NCBI RefSeq assembly: GCF_006345805.1
Contig: NC_043016.1
Span: 806,001 to 870,000 of the forward strand
Direction of reading: 5' to 3'
Origin: Octopus sinensis
Taxonomy: Eukaryota
DNA length: 64,000 nucleotides
Shown: positions 1 to 12,332 of the stretch, piece after piece
Numbering within the stretch: position 1 is the first letter of the stretch
Layout of the letters: each line of letters opens with the position of its first letter
Notes under the pieces: generated by a model
What the model saw: only the letters and a program-made list of their open reading frames with translations
Told to the model about the DNA's origin: nothing
The model's database searches: none
Program-made: the position numbers and the translations under genes

Positions 1-1091
1 ATGAATATGGTACTTAATTTAGATGCACCAGAATTCTGTATCGTGTTATCCATAAAAATCCTTGGGTTGATTATAATCAAAACAAGCAACAAGAATGACT
101 CTGGTAATTTGGTACGATCGTTTCGTACTACATCATTTTATTAAATGTTGTAAGTATTACAACAGTTATAAAATGCTGAATACTCATCAGCCAATTATAG
201 AGGTTTTCCATTAATACAAAAATGTTTCTATCAAGTGGCAACATTCTCTATAATGAATCGCTAGAATTGACATTTACCAAAATGTGGCATATTACAAAAA
301 ATTGCAAAGAATGCAAAGAGATTTAAAGATACCTAAATGATGGTATAAATGAAATGTTCGTATTGGAGCTTCCGGCGTGAATTCCAAGCAGTACAGCATG
401 TCGTTCCAAATTCCTGGCAGACTGAATTGTGTCATGGTGCTGTCGGTAACATATCGTTCTCATCAAGAAATTTGCAGTTCTGGAATTCCTTCTGACAGTA
501 ACTTCCACATTAATAGGAGGCCAAAAAATTGGCCTGTAATTGTCGGCAGCATTTCCTTTTGATGTATCCTTCACACTATTCGTCTTTTTGCTAATCAACC
601 CGAGAATTTTTTTTGCTCCATCGATCAATATATAAAATTGCTCTGCGATAAATTCATGGCACCTACTGAACTTATTATTAAAAATCCCTGTGCACCATCG
701 GATAAGCAATTGCTTATCTCTTTACTTATATTTCTAATATTGTCTTCTGTGAAGTGGATAGCCTTTCGCTGGGGATAAAAAAAACTGTTTACTTCAGACC
801 GCAGAGCCATTCAGCTGTAGTATTATGTTGTTTTTGTTTACTCTATAACTTACGCCAGAACCGTCAACACCAGGAACTAATCTTTCACGTTCTAAGTCAT
901 CATTAATTTCTTGATAAAATACTTTTTGTCTGATTTTAAGCAATTGCTTTTCCCGCTATCTTTTAATCCGTTGTTCAAACCTAGTGAGCTTTGCTTTCTT
1001 GGCAAGTATGCGCTGCTTCAGTTTTTCAATTACAACATTCAGGCCTTTTGTATCTGCACCATACTTTTGCAAGTTTTCAAATTAGCGCTCA
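1..1091 (-). mobile_element. 5'-truncated, degenerate R4/Dong-like non-LTR retrotransposon, reverse transcriptase region
   Basis: Minus-strand ORF 323-709 contains KDTSKGNAADNYRPI, the KD..KG...NYRPI pre-RT motif of RLE-type LINEs; frameshifted similarity continues on both sides; the truncation point abuts the (CTT)n/(ATT)n tract. Confidence 0.7.
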
Positions 1092-1250
1092 TTCTTCTTC
1101 TTCTTCTTCTTCTTCTTCTTCTTCTTCTTCTTCTTCTTCTCTTCTTCTTCTTCTTCTTTTCTTCTTCTTTTCTTCTTCTTCTTCTCCTCCTCCTCCTTCT
1201 TCTTCTTCTTCTTCTTCTTTTTCTTCTTCGCATTATTATTATTAATAGTA

Positions 1251-1318
<68 letters not shown>
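1092..1318. repeat. Compound (CTT)n + (ATT)n microsatellite
   Basis: Directly visible trinucleotide runs. Confidence 0.98.
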
Positions 1319-1320
<2 letters not shown>

Positions 1321-1380
1321 TGAGTGAGAGAGCAACGTATGTCACCAAAGTGACACTGGGGCACAAATATACTCAGCCCA
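1319..1380 (-). mobile_element. 3' terminal fragment of non-coding element C (longer copy at 58955-59511)
   Basis: Reverse complement tgggctgagtatatttgtgccccagtgtcactttggtgacatacgttgctctctcactcagt aligns with 59450-59511; followed by (AAT)n on the same strand. A second copy lies at 1916-1977. Confidence 0.8.
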
Positions 1381-1388
1381 TTATTATT

Positions 1389-1787
1389 GGTGGGTGTGTG
1401 GTAAGAAGCTTACTTCCCAATCACATGTATCTGTGCTCAGTCCCACCCCGTGGCACGTTGGGCAAGTGTCTTCTACTATAGCCTCGGGCCGACCACAGCC
1501 TTGTGGGTAGATTTGGTAGACGGAAACTGAAAGAAGCCCGTCGTATATATGTGTGTGTGTGTGTGTCTTTTGTATCTGTGTTTTTCCCCTTATAACTGCT
1601 TGACAACTGGTGCTGGTGTGTTTGCGTCCCCGTAATGTAGCGGTTCGGCAATAGAAACCGATAGAATAAGTACCGCGTCTTTAAAAAAATAGAATTACTA
1701 GGGACGATTCATTCCACAAAAAATTCAAGGCGGTGCCCTAGCATAGCCGCAGTCTAAAGACTGAAACATGTAAACGGTAAAAGATAG
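1389..1787 (+). mobile_element. tRNA-derived SINE, family 1 (central TA/TG microsatellite)
   Basis: tRNA-like head tgtgtggtaagaagc..., core ttgggcaagtgtcttctactatagcc...ggtagacggaaactgaaagaagcccgtcg, tail ...gactgaaac; many copies in the window. Confidence 0.85.
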
Positions 1788-1819
1788 TTCTTCTTCTTCT
1801 TCTTCTTCTTCTTCTTCTT

Positions 1820-1850
<31 letters not shown>

Positions 1851-1884
1851 TTATTATTATTATTATTTATTATTATTATTATTA

Positions 1885-1917
<33 letters not shown>

Positions 1918-1984
1918 TGAGTGAGAGAGCAACGTATGTCACCAAAGTGACACTGGGGCACAAATATACTCAGCCCATTATTAT

Positions 1985-2388
1985 GGTGGGTGTGTGGTAA
2001 GAAGCTTACTTCCCAATCACATGTATCTGTGCTCAGTCCCACCCCGTGGCACGTTGGGCAAGTGTCTTCTACTATAGCCTCGGGCCGACCACAGCCTTGT
2101 GGGTAGATTTGGTAGACGGAAACTGAAAGAAGCCCGTCGTATATATGTGTGTGTGTGTGTGTGTCTTTTGTATCTGTGTTTTTCCCCTTATAACTGCTTG
2201 ACAACTGGTGCTGGTGTGTTTGCGTCCCCGTAATGTAGCGGTTCGGCAATAGAAACCGATAGAATAAGTACCGCGTCTTTAAAAAAATAGAATTACTAGG
2301 GACGATTCATTCCACAAAAAATTCAAGGCGGTGCCCTAGCATAGCCGCAGTCTAAAGACTGAACATGTAAATAAACGGTAAAAGATAG
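1985..2388 (+). mobile_element. SINE family 1, near-identical duplicate of 1389-1787
   Basis: Differs from the first copy only by a few small indels; part of a 597-bp-period duplication. Confidence 0.85.
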
Positions 2389-2425
2389 TTCTTCTTCTTC
2401 TTCTTATTCTTCTTCTTCTTTTCTT

Positions 2426-2456
<31 letters not shown>

Positions 2457-2476
2457 TTATTATTATTATTATTATA

Positions 2477-2519
<43 letters not shown>
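2389..2519. repeat. Compound (CTT)n + (ATT)n microsatellite
   Basis: Directly visible. Confidence 0.97.
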
Positions 2520-3106
2520 GGTTTGTCTCTGGCTTTGTCTCATTACTGTGGGGAGCATGTAACTACTTGTTACCTTAGCTATCCACAAGTTTTCAGTAGT
2601 CTTGCCAGTGCTTAAAGCCGTCTTGATAATCCTTGCTGTTCTTAAGAGACAAGCATTTTGTAGGAGCTCTACCGGGCATTATATTTCAATCTCCTTCAAC
2701 CATTAGTCTGCATCATTGCTTACTATTCCCAACGCACGAACTATTACAGGCATGACCTTTATTGTTCGCATGCACCAAATTCTTCCTATTTTAAATTTTA
2801 GGTAATTGTATTTTCTTCTTTATTCCTCATTTTTTTACGATCCTGGAATCGAACGGGCATGATGTGTCGATAACTTCGCTTTTCATTTTCTATGATTGTA
2901 ATAACTGTTCTATCATTTTATAACTTCTTGTCCCTTCGAACTGGAAAGTCCCACAGAATTTTACATTGCTCGGACTCTAGTACTTTTTCGATTTGATGAT
3001 TGTACCATTTGTTTCCATCTTCAAATCCCCATTCCTGGCGCAGTTTCTAGTATAAAACTATTATAATCTGGACGTGCCTCCCGTTCTTATACGCTTCCTG
3101 CGCCAA
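2520..3106 (-). mobile_element. R4/Dong-like LINE family B, RLE domain and 3' end, degenerate
   Basis: Minus translation gives ..KWYNHQIEKVLESEQCKILWDF..KIGRIWCMRTIKVMPVIVRALGIVS..LQNACLLRTARIIKTAL, the typical RLE C-terminus; the 3' end runs into (AAT)n. Confidence 0.8.
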
Positions 3107-4130
3107 TTATTACTCGGTAGTTTTATTTTTATTACTTGTCGTCATTGCACTACCGAGTGCAGTCCTGTTTGCGTTGGATATGAGATGTGTTTTGTTTTAG
3201 TGATGTTATTTTATTGTATGGAATGTGCTCCACGTAGGCTATGTACGTGTCTAGCAATGTCATTTTCTGTATGTTATACACAACCATAAGTCTTGGTATT
3301 TTGGTTATGTTCTCTGTATGTGTTTTATTTTAACTCATGTCTAATGCACTTATTATTATGAAGTTTGGTTTTGTTTTCATACCAAACAGTCGTGTCCTCT
3401 ATATGTCCGGGTTTTGTCTTTCGAGAGTTTCTCGGTTTATTTTAGTGATATGTTGCATTCTTTTGGGACTGATATGTTGATTAGACAGATTTTTTTCTTG
3501 ATTATCTCTGATAAATCTATCCGGTTTATTAGGGCTGAGCTCTCTATCTGTATCTATTGGCATATCCCAGAGTATAGTTGTTTCGTAAGTTTTAAGACCT
3601 TTTCTGGCCTATGCCTATACCATCTTTCTCTTGTCATTCTATAGTGTTGACACAACTACCAGTGTATATAAGTCCCAACTCTGTAATTTTTGTGGGTTTA
3701 TAATTTTTTGGCTGAGACAGGGCAGCCAGAGACACTATATGATGTATTGGTTCTTCCCATCACCACATATTCTGCAGTTATTTATGGTAGCTTTCTTAAA
3801 AAAATTTTCCCGGGCTTCTGATGGGAAGGCTTTGATTTTGCGCCGCAGTTAAAAATCATTCGCACTGTTTTGAGACCCGAACTTCTCAGTCAGTGTTAGT
3901 ATTTTATTTTGTTTATTTTTTTCTATTAAGCAATGTAAGAGGTTTTTTTGCCATCATTTTACCAATGTATTTTGCAGTTCCAATTTAGCTTAGATTCTAG
4001 TTGCTTTGTAGCTTTCATGTTTTTGTTTTTCTTCATAGTCGTCAGGTATTATGAACTCTTCTTTGTATTTTTCGGCTTCCATGAAGACGGAAAATAATTT
4101 TTTGTTTTGCTCATGCTTTGTGTCTACTTG
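3107..4130 (-). mobile_element. R4/Dong-like LINE family A, CCHC + RLE + 3' UTR, degenerate
   Basis: Reverse complement aligns with 59562-60304, including the 3' UTR motif gcactcggtagtg...aaaataaaactac and the CRICG zinc-knuckle region near 3770. Confidence 0.8.
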
Positions 4131-4619
4131 TACCAATTCTCCTCGGTTCTAGGTTAGGTGTTTCTATAATTCTATGGTTGATATGTTATGGTAATTTTCT
4201 ACTACCTTAAATTTATTATGTACATACACACATACACACAAACATATACACATATATGAATGTATATATTAATGCTTCTATGTCCGAATTTAGGTGGTCA
4301 ATATGTTTCCTGTTTTCCTGTCTAGTTTGACTTGTTCATTTAATATCCAATTAAGAATATTGTAACTGTAACTTATAACTAGAACAATGAGAGTATTGAT
4401 CCCTATTATCTTATTCTTCGCATTGAGCTCTGTTTTATGTATTTAATCTAATTTATTTATAATATTCCTTCCTTATCTTTTCTTTTATTCGCTTGTGCTG
4501 TACCGTATCTAGTTCATTGATTTGGTCTAGTTCTCTTATTTTATTTTCTTTATCTTGTGTGATATTGTTATTCTTAATTAGTTTTCCACTTTCCAAGGTC
4601 GTTTTATCATATTTTTCTA

Positions 4620-5290
4620 AACCAAAATTCGCATTTATTTCTTAGGTAAATACATGCTGTGTATGTAGCAATGTTTCCAGTTGTTTGGCATCCACAGCAT
4701 GCAGCTTGAGATCAAAGATATGCAAGAGACGGTTGGCGACTTTACCATAGCATGACGGTTCAAAGTGCCAGAGAAAAAAGGAATGGAGAGAGCAAGTCTC
4801 CTTCGAATATTCTTCTTCTAATGGGGTTGACTTCAGTTTTTATAATTGCCTCTTTAGTCTATAGCTAAAGAACTTTTTGTCATTTGTTCATGGCATGTTT
4901 TTTAAACGTTCTCTCTGCTGACATTACCTTGCACATGAGTAGTGATTCCACAAGCTACAGGTAACCGATCCAAGCCATGCTTAGACCCTTCTTTTACTTT
5001 CGACAGTCTTCATTTATGGACTTATTAATCAATAATTCATTTTTTACTGCCATATGCGTTACAAAATCCCTTCTGCTCTTCTGGAAACAAGTTGTTTTCT
5101 TCTAGAATCTATGAATAGTATGCCTATTCTATGAATATTATTGCAGTTAAGTCTCTGTAGGTTCTAGGAGGACATGTTGCAGGTCTACAGAATCGTGGAT
5201 TTTTAGTTTAGACGATTTGGGAATTAGATTTTTTCCCTTCTAGGAGCCATTCAGGTGTTGTCTCTGGCTCTATCAGCACGCCATTGATCT
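4620..5290 (-). mobile_element. R4/Dong-like LINE RT fragment, degenerate
   Basis: Frameshifted similarity to the P.WL..GRT.L.PK / YRP.TC / PEEQ.G / SMAW.D RT motifs; the 5' truncation abuts the ATT/GTT tract. Confidence 0.55.
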
Positions 5291-5309
5291 TCTCTGATAT
5301 AGTTTTCTC

Positions 5310-5580
<271 letters not shown>

Positions 5581-7374
5581 ACTATTGATTTAATTAGCAA
5601 GGATTTATTCCTGAGGGTTAGTGACAAGTCTCTTCAACTACACGGATAGCCCATCTGCACATAAAATAAATTATAAATGCTAGTGCTAACATACTTAGCA
5701 TAGCGAGCAAGAGTGAGGCAACATTGAAAACAGATAAACATTACATCAATGTTTAATGACATACAAGAGCGACAATTCATAACGTGTTTCGACGCATTAA
5801 ACTTGTCCAGTGACTGCGGGATCGCTAATAATAAATCATTATATGCACGAACTATAATGCACACATTCAGTTTTGATGTAAGAGAGAGAGAGAGAGAGAG
5901 GGGAAGAGAGAGGGAGAGATAGAGAGAAAGAAAGAAAGGAAGAAAGAAAGAAAGAAAGGAAGAAAAAAGAACGAAAGAAAGAAAGAGAGAGTGTATGTGT
6001 ATTTCTTTATGTGTGCACGCGTGTGTGCGAAATTAGTGAGAAACTGCGGCCAGTTATGAGATTGCATTTTTCAGCATTTTGTGAATAATGTTTCTTGAAA
6101 GGGTTTGTTGGTTATCTGTACCCTTTCATAGCTCTTTAGGTAGAATCACCAACTTCGAATTCTACAACTGTGAATTTTATCTCAGACATGAAACATCAAT
6201 TCTTACATGTCACTCGAAAATGTTCGTGTTAATCACTTCATGGTTCCAGGTAAAATGTATGGAAATGGTTATTTTTCCAACGTATGTGACGTGGATATAA
6301 TTCTTACGTTTGGAGCTGTTCATGTAAAAAAATTAAATGGTTGAATTTCAAGAGAGTTTTTTTCATTGTATATTGCTTGTCAATCTCCATTTGATTTCAT
6401 ACAACCTCATTTGCATACACGGAGGAAATCAAATTTGATAGAACAGACAGGTACCTGAAAGAATTCTCAAATAATTACAGGGAATAAAATAAAATAAAAT
6501 AAGATAAAATACAGGAAATTGAAACAATATAAAGAAAAGTGAAATAGGAAACGGAAAAAAGATATGTTATTTATGAAAAGAAGATGCAGGGAAAGGAAGT
6601 AAGACGAGAGAAAAAGAAAGGGGACAAGAGAGAGAGAGAGGGGGAGAGAGAGATTTGTGAGAAAGTGTGAGATGGTGAGATGAGATAAAAACGGAATATT
6701 TTTCTGTGCGATGCGATACGTATCTCCTGAAAAGGACATTAAGATTTCGCACTGAGTTCAGTTAAAATTATATTCATCTCAATAATACTAAAACACAAAC
6801 ATCGCGCCCATTTCTCTGCTTCTCTCTATTTCCCCACAACTCTTTATATATATATAAATACATAGTATGCATAAACACACACACACACATACACACGCAT
6901 GTCCTATAACATAAAATGGTAATGGTCTTGTAGGCTATGTTTGAAGAATAAGAGGAAGTAGTGTGAAGTGGCTGTAACTAAGTCAAGTGGTTCATGTTTG
7001 GTAACACTACCACAGATTTTTACGCAGATAGATGCGTTCTTCTTTCCATGACACACACGCGTACACACACACACACACACACATCCACGAAACTTCATCT
7101 CCCCATCACTAAACCTCACTATATCTGCTTCCTTCTCTCTTCCTTCCTCTCTTTGAATCTGACAAACATAAGCATGCATACACAACTCACATACATACAG
7201 ATAACCTCTCGGTAAGCTCAAATGGTGCAATGCAATATCTAAGGAATATAATATTCATGACTGCCCCTAAATATGTGCGTAAGTTTACATTAAACAAAAA
7301 TGAACTACAAATAACTGAGAAAGGGCAATGGCATATAAAGAAACAACATAGGTAAATACTCGTATATTAAATAC

Positions 7375-7608
7375 CTATTTCTTTACTACCCACAAAGGGC
7401 TAAACATAGAGGGGACAAACAAGGACAGACACACGGATTAAGTCGATCACATCGACCCAAGTGCGTAACTGGTACTTAATTTATCGACCCCGAAAGGATG
7501 AAAGGCAATGTCGACCTCGGCGGAATTTGAACTCAGAACGTAACGGCAGACGAAATACAGCTAAGCATTTCGCCCGGCGTGCTAACGTTTCTGCCAGCTC
7601 ACCGCCTT
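7375..7608 (-). mobile_element. tRNA-derived SINE family 2 (MetaSINE-like central domain)
   Basis: Reverse complement aggcggtgagctggcagaaacgttagc...gagttcaaattccgccgaggtcgacattgcctttcatcctttcggggtcgataaattaagtaccag; the central block resembles the Meta/Sauria SINE domain. Confidence 0.85.
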
Positions 7609-7617
7609 ACAAAATAG

Positions 7618-7850
7618 CTATTTCTTTACTACCCACAAGGGGCTAAACACAGAGGGGACAAACAAGGACTGACACACGGATTAAGTCGATTACATTGACC
7701 CAGTGCGTAACTGGTACTTAATTTATCGACCCCGAAAGGATGAAAGGCAATGTCGACCTCGGCGGAATTTGAACTCAGAAGGTAACGGCAGACGAAATAC
7801 CGCTAAATATTTCGCCCGGCGTGCTAACGTTTCTGCCAGCTCGCCGCCTT
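7618..7850 (-). mobile_element. SINE family 2, tandem second copy
   Basis: Head-to-tail with 7375-7608, about 9 bp apart. Confidence 0.85.
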
Positions 7851-8375
7851 TATATTAAATACTATACAACATAAATTCTGGTGGCATGTGTGTGATTATG
7901 TATATATAGTTGAATTATATTCTGTTAAGAATGTAGTAGAGGAAAGTATAAAGCTCGATGACCTTCAGATTTCACCCGGTATCGGCAGTAAATTTCTAGG
8001 TATTCTCAGATTCTCGTTGGGTTTTCTGCAGTGTGTGAATGGATAATTGAATAAGTTGGAGTCAACAAGAAGGAGGGCAGAAGAGCATTTATTTGTAATC
8101 ATTAAAATTGTTTCCACACAACGTCGTTTTCAAGGTTCACTGGCATTCGGTTATGTAACAGCTTTTTGCATTATGAGATCTAGTTGTGTTTCCTCAGGTG
8201 ATATATAATTATTGTAAACTCACTCCAACTCAACATTGTAAACACAAATTCTCGGCTTCAAGCGCATCCTTTCTGCTTGTCGTGGTCTACGAGGCTATAG
8301 TAACCGTTCGGTGTATCAAAACGCATGTTCAATTTTATACATACACGCAATCGCCCGCACACACACGCATACACA

Positions 8376-8410
<35 letters not shown>

Positions 8411-8412
<2 letters not shown>

Positions 8413-8653
8413 TCTTTTACTTCTTTCAGTCATTTGACTGTGGCCATGCTGCAACACCGCCTTTAGTCAAGCAATTCGACCCCAGGATATTTTCTTTTTC
8501 AGCCTGGTACTTATTGTATCGGCCTTTTTGCCGAACCGCTAAGTTGCGGAAACATAAACACACCGGCATCGGTTGTCAAGCGATATTGAGGGGACAAACA
8601 CAGACACACAAACACACACACACACATACACACACACACACACACACACATAC

Positions 8654-8700
<47 letters not shown>

Positions 8701-8869
8701 ATATATACATACACACACATAGTTTCCGTCTACCAAATCCACTCACAAGGCTTTGGTCGGCCCGAGGCTATAGTAGAAGACACTTGCCTAAGGTGTCACG
8801 CAGTGGGACTGAACCCAGAACCATGTGGTTCGTAATCCAACTACTTGCCACACAGCCAATCCTACGCCT
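8411..8869 (-). mobile_element. SINE family 1, full length
   Basis: Head aggcgtaggattggctgtgtggcaagtag at 8869, central (CA)/(TA) tract, tail gtaaaagagt at 8411. Confidence 0.88.
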
Positions 8870-9022
8870 ATATATTATTTATTAATTTATGATAGAATAT
8901 TGGTAGTCTTTTGAAGGTATCGGCACTTCAAGCATGTTGGAGATAGGTCGCTTTCGCCCTTGCTCCCTTAATATAATTATATACATATGTATGTTATTAT
9001 TAATTATATATATATGTATAAA

Positions 9023-9270
9023 TGTTGTGACTGGGGAGAGTCATTTTCTTTTTGTGTCTTATAATGTAACACACTCACCGGAAAAATTTCCACTTTTTTT
9101 ATTATTTTTATTTTTCTAAAATTTTCGTTGCGTCTTGCAACCTTTTCAATAGTTTTGTAAGACGCAACGAAAATTTTAGTAAAACAAAAATAAGAGAAAA
9201 GGGATATTTTACCGGAGAGTGTGTTACATTATAAGGCACAAAAAGAAAATCGCTCTCCCCAGACACAACA
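9023..9270. mobile_element. Foldback / MITE-like palindromic element
   Basis: Roughly 115-bp arms (tgttgtgactggggagag...cgttgcgtcttgcaa and its reverse complement) around a short spacer. Confidence 0.8.
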
Positions 9271-9354
9271 GAACATGCTTCAACACACGAACTCGCATAA
9301 AGAATCTTGCAAACCAAATCCAAAAACGAAATATGTATAAATGCATATATTTAT

Positions 9355-9600
9355 ATTCAGGTTGTCAACCAGCCTGTCAAGCCAGCCGAATTCCTCTGCC
9401 TACTGTTCCTGGGGGGGTTGTGGGGATACAGTCCTCAGGTACCGTCTCCGTAGAGTCCTTGCCAAAAGCGAACGTTATTTCCAGCTGGATTCCCAAGTCT
9501 GGCCAACTGAAACTTATCTAGTTATTTCGTTCTTGGTCTGCCTCTAGGTCTCCTGGCGGTTGGCTCGCCTTCAAGTATCCCTCTCCCGATTATTTTCTGT
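9355..9600 (-). mobile_element. RTE-clade LINE 3' end fragment
   Basis: Minus translation EGEPTARRPRGRPRTK, matching the C-terminal RPRGRPR motif also seen near 37150 and 48750. Confidence 0.65.
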
Positions 9601-10157
9601 GATATTCTAATTGGTCATGTTATTAGAAAGTCAGAATCGGTGCCGTGACCACTGAATAAAGTGAAGTAGCGGCTAGACCTGTACACACACGCACACTCAC
9701 ACACACACACACAAATATATATACATGCATAAAAGAAGTAAAAAGGATTAATAAATCCAAGAAGATAACCATTAAACACTCAATGTTAAAACGAATTTGG
9801 TTAACTACATCAAACATTCAGATACGAATAAATGCAAATGAATAAACATCCAAGGTAATTCTTCATGTATGACAAGCAAATTCTAAAATCGCTTGGAAGA
9901 ATTTCGAGAGATTTGGTGTATAAGGCAACAATAATAATAATGGAGAAAATCTAATTGGCGATTACACCACACATCACCGACGATCATTTGTATTGTGCCA
10001 CAGAAAAAGGTATAAAATACAAGTCATATTAATATATCCGAGAATATATGCTAAAACAACGGTATCAAGGCAAACCAAATTTGGTTAGATTCAAAGTGGA
10101 CTAAGAAAGAATTTAATCAATTTTGGATTGTCTTGATAACGTTGTCTTAGCATATAT

Positions 10158-10478
10158 GAAGGCACGTGGCTTATTGGTTAGGCCATTCGGCTCACGATTG
10201 TAAGGTCGTGAGTTCAATTCCTAGCGACGCGTTGTGTCCTTGCGCAAGACACTTTATTTCATGTTGCTCCAGTCCACTCAGCTGGCAAAAATGTGTTGTA
10301 GCTGCATTTCAAAGGGCCAGCCTTGTCACACTCTGTGTCACGCTGAATCTCCCTGAGAGCTACATTAGGGCTACATGTGTCTTTGGATTGCTCACTCACT
10401 TGCACGTTAATTTCACGAGCAGGCTGTTCCGTTGATCGTATCAGCTGGGATCTTCGTCGTCGTACAGACGGAGTGCTC
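10158..10478 (+). mobile_element. tRNA-derived SINE family 4 (CORE-like centre)
   Basis: Head ggcacgtggcttattggttagg...gagttcaattcc with A and B boxes, then ttgtgtccttgcgcaagacactttatttc. Confidence 0.75.
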
Positions 10479-10697
10479 AGCATATATTTTCGGATATTTA
10501 TTGTTATTTATTTGTCTGGTATTTTATACCTTTTTGTGTACCTAAGTATGCTGGCACAATAAAAACGATCGCTAGTAATGTGTGCGGTAATCGCTAGTCA
10601 AAGTTTAAAAATTTTAACGTGATTTTTTCCGTACTTATTCTTGTTATATATAAATATATATATATATGCATATGTGTGTGTGTGCGTTCGTGCGCGC

Positions 10698-10733
<36 letters not shown>

Positions 10734-10789
10734 GTGTGTGTGCGTGTGTGTATGTGTGTGAGTGTGTGTGTTTGTGTACACACACATAC

Positions 10790-11041
10790 CTCCTCTTACA
10801 CTCTCCTGTCTTTGAAAGAACTTTTTTTCACCCATTTCCTTCCGGTCATTCAAAATGTGACCGCGTGTGTACCGTTGGCGATTTTCTTCCTCTGTCTTCC
10901 CTTCTCTGGATCTTTCCTTCTCCTATGTTTCCGACGAAGCGTTCCGCTCGAAATGTTAAACCGCCTTCTTTCCTTCTTTCCTGAGCGTCCAATAATACTA
11001 TATTTGTTCCATGTTCTCGCGTTGTGTTTTTTGTGCTTTCA

Positions 11042-11045
<4 letters not shown>
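10790..11045 (+). mobile_element. Short pyrimidine-rich non-autonomous element carrying a decayed hammerhead motif (10927-10961)
   Basis: gttt-ccgacga-agcgttccgctc-gaaa-tgtt-aaac; same layout as the 42685-42848 element; flanked by TG and TA repeats. Confidence 0.5.
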
Positions 11046-11096
<51 letters not shown>

Positions 11097-11358
11097 ATAT
11101 ATATATATATATATGGTGTAAGATATAAGTTAGTGGTAATGTAACCATCTAAAGGACAGATGTACACATAGGCACTACTGGCATTACCTCAGTATGTATG
11201 GTCCTTGTTATAAGATATACGGCAGTAGGTAATTTAAAAGGTAAAACCGTGGTTTAATATATATAAAGACGATAAGAAATGGAGATAAGAAATAACGGTG
11301 AGAAGTAGATTGTTGGTGTCATAAAGTCATCATTTAATTAAGATGAGAGTATACTTTC

Positions 11359-11573
11359 ACTCTTTTACTTGTTTCAGCCATTTTACTGCGGCCATGCTGG
11401 AGCACCGCCTTTAGTGGATCGATCAAATCGACCCCAGACTTATTCTTTGGAAGCTTAGTACTTATTCTATCCGTCTCTTTTGCCATACCACTAAGTGACG
11501 GGGACATAAACACACCACCATCGGTTGTCAAGCGATGTTGAGGGGACAAACACTGACATACAAACATATACAC

Positions 11574-11629
<56 letters not shown>

Positions 11630-11793
11630 ACGACGGGTTTTTCCAATTTCCGTCTACCAAAGCCACTCACAAGGCTTTGGTTGGCCCGAGGCTATAGTAA
11701 AAGACACTTGCCCAAGGTGCCACGCAGTGGGACTAAACCCGGAACCATTTGGTTCGTAAGTAAGCTACTTACCACACAGTCACTCCTGTGCCT
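11359..11793 (-). mobile_element. SINE family 1, full length
   Basis: Head aggcacaggagtgactgtgtggtaag, central (TA)n, tail gtaaaagagt. Confidence 0.88.
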
Positions 11794-11807
11794 ACAAGGA
11801 TAGAAAG

Positions 11808-11927
11808 ACGTTTACAGCACGTAGGTTTCCCAAGCGGTCACCCATCTAAGTACTCTCTAGGCTCAACGTTGCTTAACTTCGGTGATCGGACGAGAAGCGG
11901 TGTTTTCAAAGTGATATGGCCGTATGT
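11808..11927 (-). rRNA. 5S rRNA-like copy, probably a pseudogene
   Basis: Reverse complement ACATACGGCCATATCACTTTGAAAACACCGCTTCTCGTCCGATCACCGAAGTTAAGCAACGTTGAGCCTAGAGAGTACTTAGATGGGTGACCGCTTGGGAAACCTACGTGCTGTAAAC is collinear with animal 5S; box A and box C are recognisable; the terminal 3 bp of helix I are mismatched and there is no T4 terminator. Confidence 0.9.
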
Positions 11928-11969
11928 TTACAACGGTAAACATACTCTCATCTTAATTAAATACTGACT

Positions 11970-12030
11970 ATATATACATACATATATACATACATACATA
12001 CATACATACACACATACATACATACATACA

Positions 12031-12063
<33 letters not shown>

Positions 12064-12332
12064 GCATGCATATATGCATGCATGCATACATGCACACATA
12101 CATACATACATTCATACATACATACATACATACATGCATACTTGCATGCATGCATGCATACATACATGCATACATACATTCATATATACATACATACACA
12201 CATACATACATACATGCATGCATGCATACATGCATACATACATACATACATACATGCATGCATACATGCATACATACATACATACATGCATACATGCATA
12301 CATACATACATACATTCATACATACATACATA
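11970..12332. repeat. (CATA)n/(CATG)n tetranucleotide array
   Basis: Directly visible; explains the overlapping ORFs at 11928-12412. Confidence 0.97.

Noticed and set aside
911-1481. ORFs with poly-L/I/S/K/N runs (also 5284-5649, 58681-59007)
   Set aside because: Translations of trinucleotide microsatellites.
11110-11340. PLE-like fragment with CTGAGGT on the minus strand
   Set aside because: Core incomplete and no GAAA; cannot support a ribozyme call.
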